From Auanema rhodensis (lineage: Eukaryota; Animalia; Nematoda): a stretch of 64,000 nt of DNA. The translations under genes were made by a program, and so were the position numbers. The stretch lies in NCBI GenBank assembly GCA_964057225.1, contig OZ059898.1, positions 11,098,001 to 11,162,000 on the forward strand, read 5' to 3'. The notes under the pieces were generated by a model that was not told where the DNA came from, searched no databases, and was given only the letters and a program-made list of their open reading frames with translations. This document shows, piece by piece, positions 60,743 to 64,000 of this stretch. Numbering within the stretch: position 1 is the first letter of the stretch; each line of letters starts with the position of its first letter.

Positions 60743-63295
60743 ATTATGGGTATTTTTACTATTGTACTGATTGTTTAAATTCTTATTACTGTTCTTAGTA
60801 AAACTTGTTGTCATTTTTACCATTCCTGCTCTGATGGAAACATCAAACATTTCATACTGAATTTGAATCATATCATTTAGCTGTTCTTATCTATACATTT
60901 TGTTAATTTATTAAATAATATTTAAACTAATGATTGTATAATCATTTATTTATGTTCTCAAATTCTTCCAATTCCCGTTGAATGTTAAACATGTTGCATT
61001 GATGAGTTCAAGTATGTAGTGTTTAATATCTTGAAATAAAAAAGCTGCCTTTCTATCAAAGTAATAGATATTTTCATAATAATATTATAAAAATAAGAAG
61101 TATATTAAGTTGGATGATGTATACGTATTACTGCTGTGATATATTCGGATATTTCACTATTCAATTACTTTATATAAGGAAATTAGTTTATGCATTGTAT
61201 TAAAAATAATGCTGTTAGTAATGAAACATCTTTACTTTAGAAAACTAACGGTTAGGCTTGAAACTGATATGAAGCATACATATTTAGCATTGCTATAAAT
61301 TTCAAGTTTCGCTATGACAGCCTGGGATCAAAACGTTCGTTAGCATTTTCCGCGCTTGATCTATGATGATCTTATCTTTTATCTGTTAATATCTACATCA
61401 AATATGAAGAGACATGAAGAATCTTGTGAAAATATATTCGAGAAATACAACATTAATCGAGAGAAGAGAGAAAATAGAAGAGAAGAAAAAAGGTTTTGTT
61501 GAAAAGTCAAAGAATTTAGATGATGTCAGATTCTTGGATACAGTTAAACTGATGGATAGTTTGCAAGACATGAAGAAGATAATTAGATTTTCGATCTCTG
61601 AGACCCATCGCGATTTTGATACAATATCGCTGGAATAGAATTGAAGGAAAACTAAGAATAAATTGAAATATTATTTGAGAAATAAGAATTATACAAAAAG
61701 TAAAACTCGATATATACAGGAAGTAAAAAGCAGAATTTGTTTCTTGTTTATGACAACAGTTTCTCCATAATACATAATATTGAATTTCAAGTTTTACATA
61801 TACGTCTAATATATTTGTATTAATCTGATAATAACTGTTTGCCGGTCCTAGGGTACCTGTGATATCGTATATTGTTTTTCATTGATGTTCTTTTGCTTTG
61901 GGCACTCTCGTTGATTTTTTTAGTTTAAAAATGTAAGATATGAAATAATATTTTTTGTTCCGATACCTATTACTAATTTCTAAACAATATACAGGCACGT
62001 GTGATGAAAATCGAACACTTATTCGAAACCTTCATTTGTTTTCAAACAAACTACAAAAATTTAGAAAAATAACATTTTTAGTTCTAACCTTTTACAGAAT
62101 TGAGAACAGTTAAACAAAAATAAAAAATCATGTTTAAAAGTTTTTTTTGGACACTATATTGCCCGTTTAAAACGTCCAGGAGATGCTCCAGAAGAAGCTT
62201 TACTCTTTGATCCAGTTCCAAATTTTGTTACAAAAATGTGTCCAAAACTTTATAATTATCTAAAAATAGTAAACCTTCAGTTTTCAATATATAAACAGAC
62301 ATGGTGTTTTTGTATTTTTTTGTAGTTTGAACAGCATTTCTGAATTCTTTTAAAGAACACAGTATACAACATATCAACATTTAATTTATTCCCTATCGAG
62401 GACATGTATAAAAAGTTCACTTTGTCCTGGTTTTGGAGGTAGACAAATGAGAATACAGGATGGGTTACATTTTTACTATTAAATGAGATTCTATAAAATG
62501 TTTCATAAACATATGAGTATTATCGGGTTAATTAATAAAACACAAAACCCCTCCAAGGATCCATATGCTATAAATAAAATATTTTATATTATAAGAATTT
62601 CATAATAATCTTTTATCTTGAATCATTTTGCACTATAGGGTACGGATGATGATAACGTTGATTCAACAATCGAAAATCGCTTCCCCTAAAGGAAGATAAT
62701 CAAAACCTTTCTTTCAATTCCTTAAACAACAGTTTCCGCCAGTTTACCATTCCTGTTTATATCTATAGGTATGTGATATGCTATATATACATCTCGCATA
62801 CCCGAACGACTTCATTAACTTGATTGCTTAAAAAAGCAATTTTCAATACGTGTCTTTGTTCTCAAAAGTGTCAAGTTTTGATGAACGATATTGAAATGTT
62901 AAATGATTGGTGACGATATCAAAGATATATTGAGGAGAGAGCTATGCAAAATAATCGAAAGTTCTGATTGTTTAAATGTACGGGTGGGATTATGCTAACC
63001 AGGAACTAGCCAAACACCCAGCTGTTTTAAGGAAATATGATTCCTTAATAAATACGGTTCATATGATAGTGTGATCAGTTCAGTTTCTTCGTAGTCTAAT
63101 TGAATATTATGACGTTTTCGTCGTTCTCACATCCATTCTCTCAATCAAGCATTACAACACTTCGAATCAAAATCTCTTCCGATTCGCGGTATCGCTCAGC
63201 TAATTCTTCGAACCGAACAAAGAATAACTTTTTTCCATTGATATTCACACTTTGATCATTGCGAATCTTTGTTACCTTAACTTTTCCAGAAGAAA

Positions 63296-63538
63296 ATGTT
63301 GCGTTGGATTGTAGGATTATTATTGCTTCAAATTTCATTGCAATGTATGAAAACAAATCCGGGAGAGACAAGTAAGTATAAATTTTGATAAATATTACAA
63401 ATTTTCTAATAATGTTTTAAATTTCTTGAATTCTTTTCAGCTACTGTCATGCCTGTAACTACACCTATTCCAGGTTTGATTAACTTATAATCAAAACATT
63501 TATAATTTGTTTTATAGCCACTACACCAGTTATCCCAG
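63296..63538 (+). CDS. 5' part of a small secreted Thr/Pro-rich protein with micro-exons (probably continues beyond the last recognisable exon)
   Basis: TTTTCCAG acceptor just before the ATG; exons 63296-63371, 63441-63473 and 63518-63538 splice (all phase 1) to MLRWIVGLLLLQISLQCMKTNPGET|TTVMPVTTPIP|ATTPVIP. Signal peptide plus CxxTxP start is typical of nematode secreted proteins. Confidence 0.6.
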
Positions 63539-64000
63539 GTACTGACAATTTGTTTTAAACTTTCTAAGTATTTACAAACTTGTATTCTTTTTTCTCATTT
63601 CAACTCAAAAAATAGGAAGACCTATATTGAAATTTTAGTGAAAAAAATTAAAAAAGAAGAATAATTGACCCAACCTTATAAGCTTTGAATCTTTCTTACT
63701 ATTCAGATATTGCTTGATCATTCATCCTAACAACTTAACAACTTAACAACTAAAACTTAGTTATCACATCATCTTCATTCATATGCTTTATTACTTTTAA
63801 ACGAATATTCATTATGAGATATATGTATAAGATATTTCTAAACTTCCAAATCTAAATCTGTCCAATCTTTTAATCAAAAAATTAGAAATTTCTCTTTTTA
63901 CAATTGCAATTGAAATGACAAATCGAGGTTAATGCCCTATACTTACATATATCAACAGCTTGAGTTGTAAATTGTCTATCCAAAGAGAAAAAGAGTTTTT

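Noticed and set aside
61990-63200. Possible gene fragments on either strand (e.g. + strand GHYIARLKRPGDAPEEALLFDPVP)
   Set aside because: In-frame stops prevent a consistent model and no family is recognisable; may be a decayed gene.
63141-63371. Minus-strand 76-aa ORF
   Set aside because: Overlaps a better-supported + strand signal-peptide exon at 63296-63371.

Overview
AT-rich, intron-dense eukaryotic DNA (introns mostly ~40-50 nt). Several genes closely match C. elegans proteins as I recall them (glo-1, ttx-3, mrp-4, vbh-1), pointing to a rhabditid-like nematode. Left to right: DUF1679/choline-kinase-like gene, vbh-1-like DEAD-box helicase with a steroid 5-alpha-reductase as a probable downstream operon gene, ttx-3 LIM-homeobox gene, serpentine chemoreceptor, cuticle collagen, class-3 lipase, then an 11.9-kb GC-rich head-to-tail array of 33 near-identical SRP (7SL) RNA genes with a 361-bp period. 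After the array come glo-1 (Rab32/38), whose 9.6-kb intron hosts an antisense ~16-TM gene, mrp-4 (ABCC) head-to-head with glo-1, a highly divergent Smoothened-like class F GPCR, and the start of a small secreted-protein gene. The two standout observations are (1) the rDNA-like tandem SRP RNA array and (2) an apparently intact Smoothened orthologue, a gene C. elegans lacks, with a greatly expanded third intracellular loop and C-tail. All gene models were spliced by hand; coordinates span first to last codon including introns, and no database searches were run.
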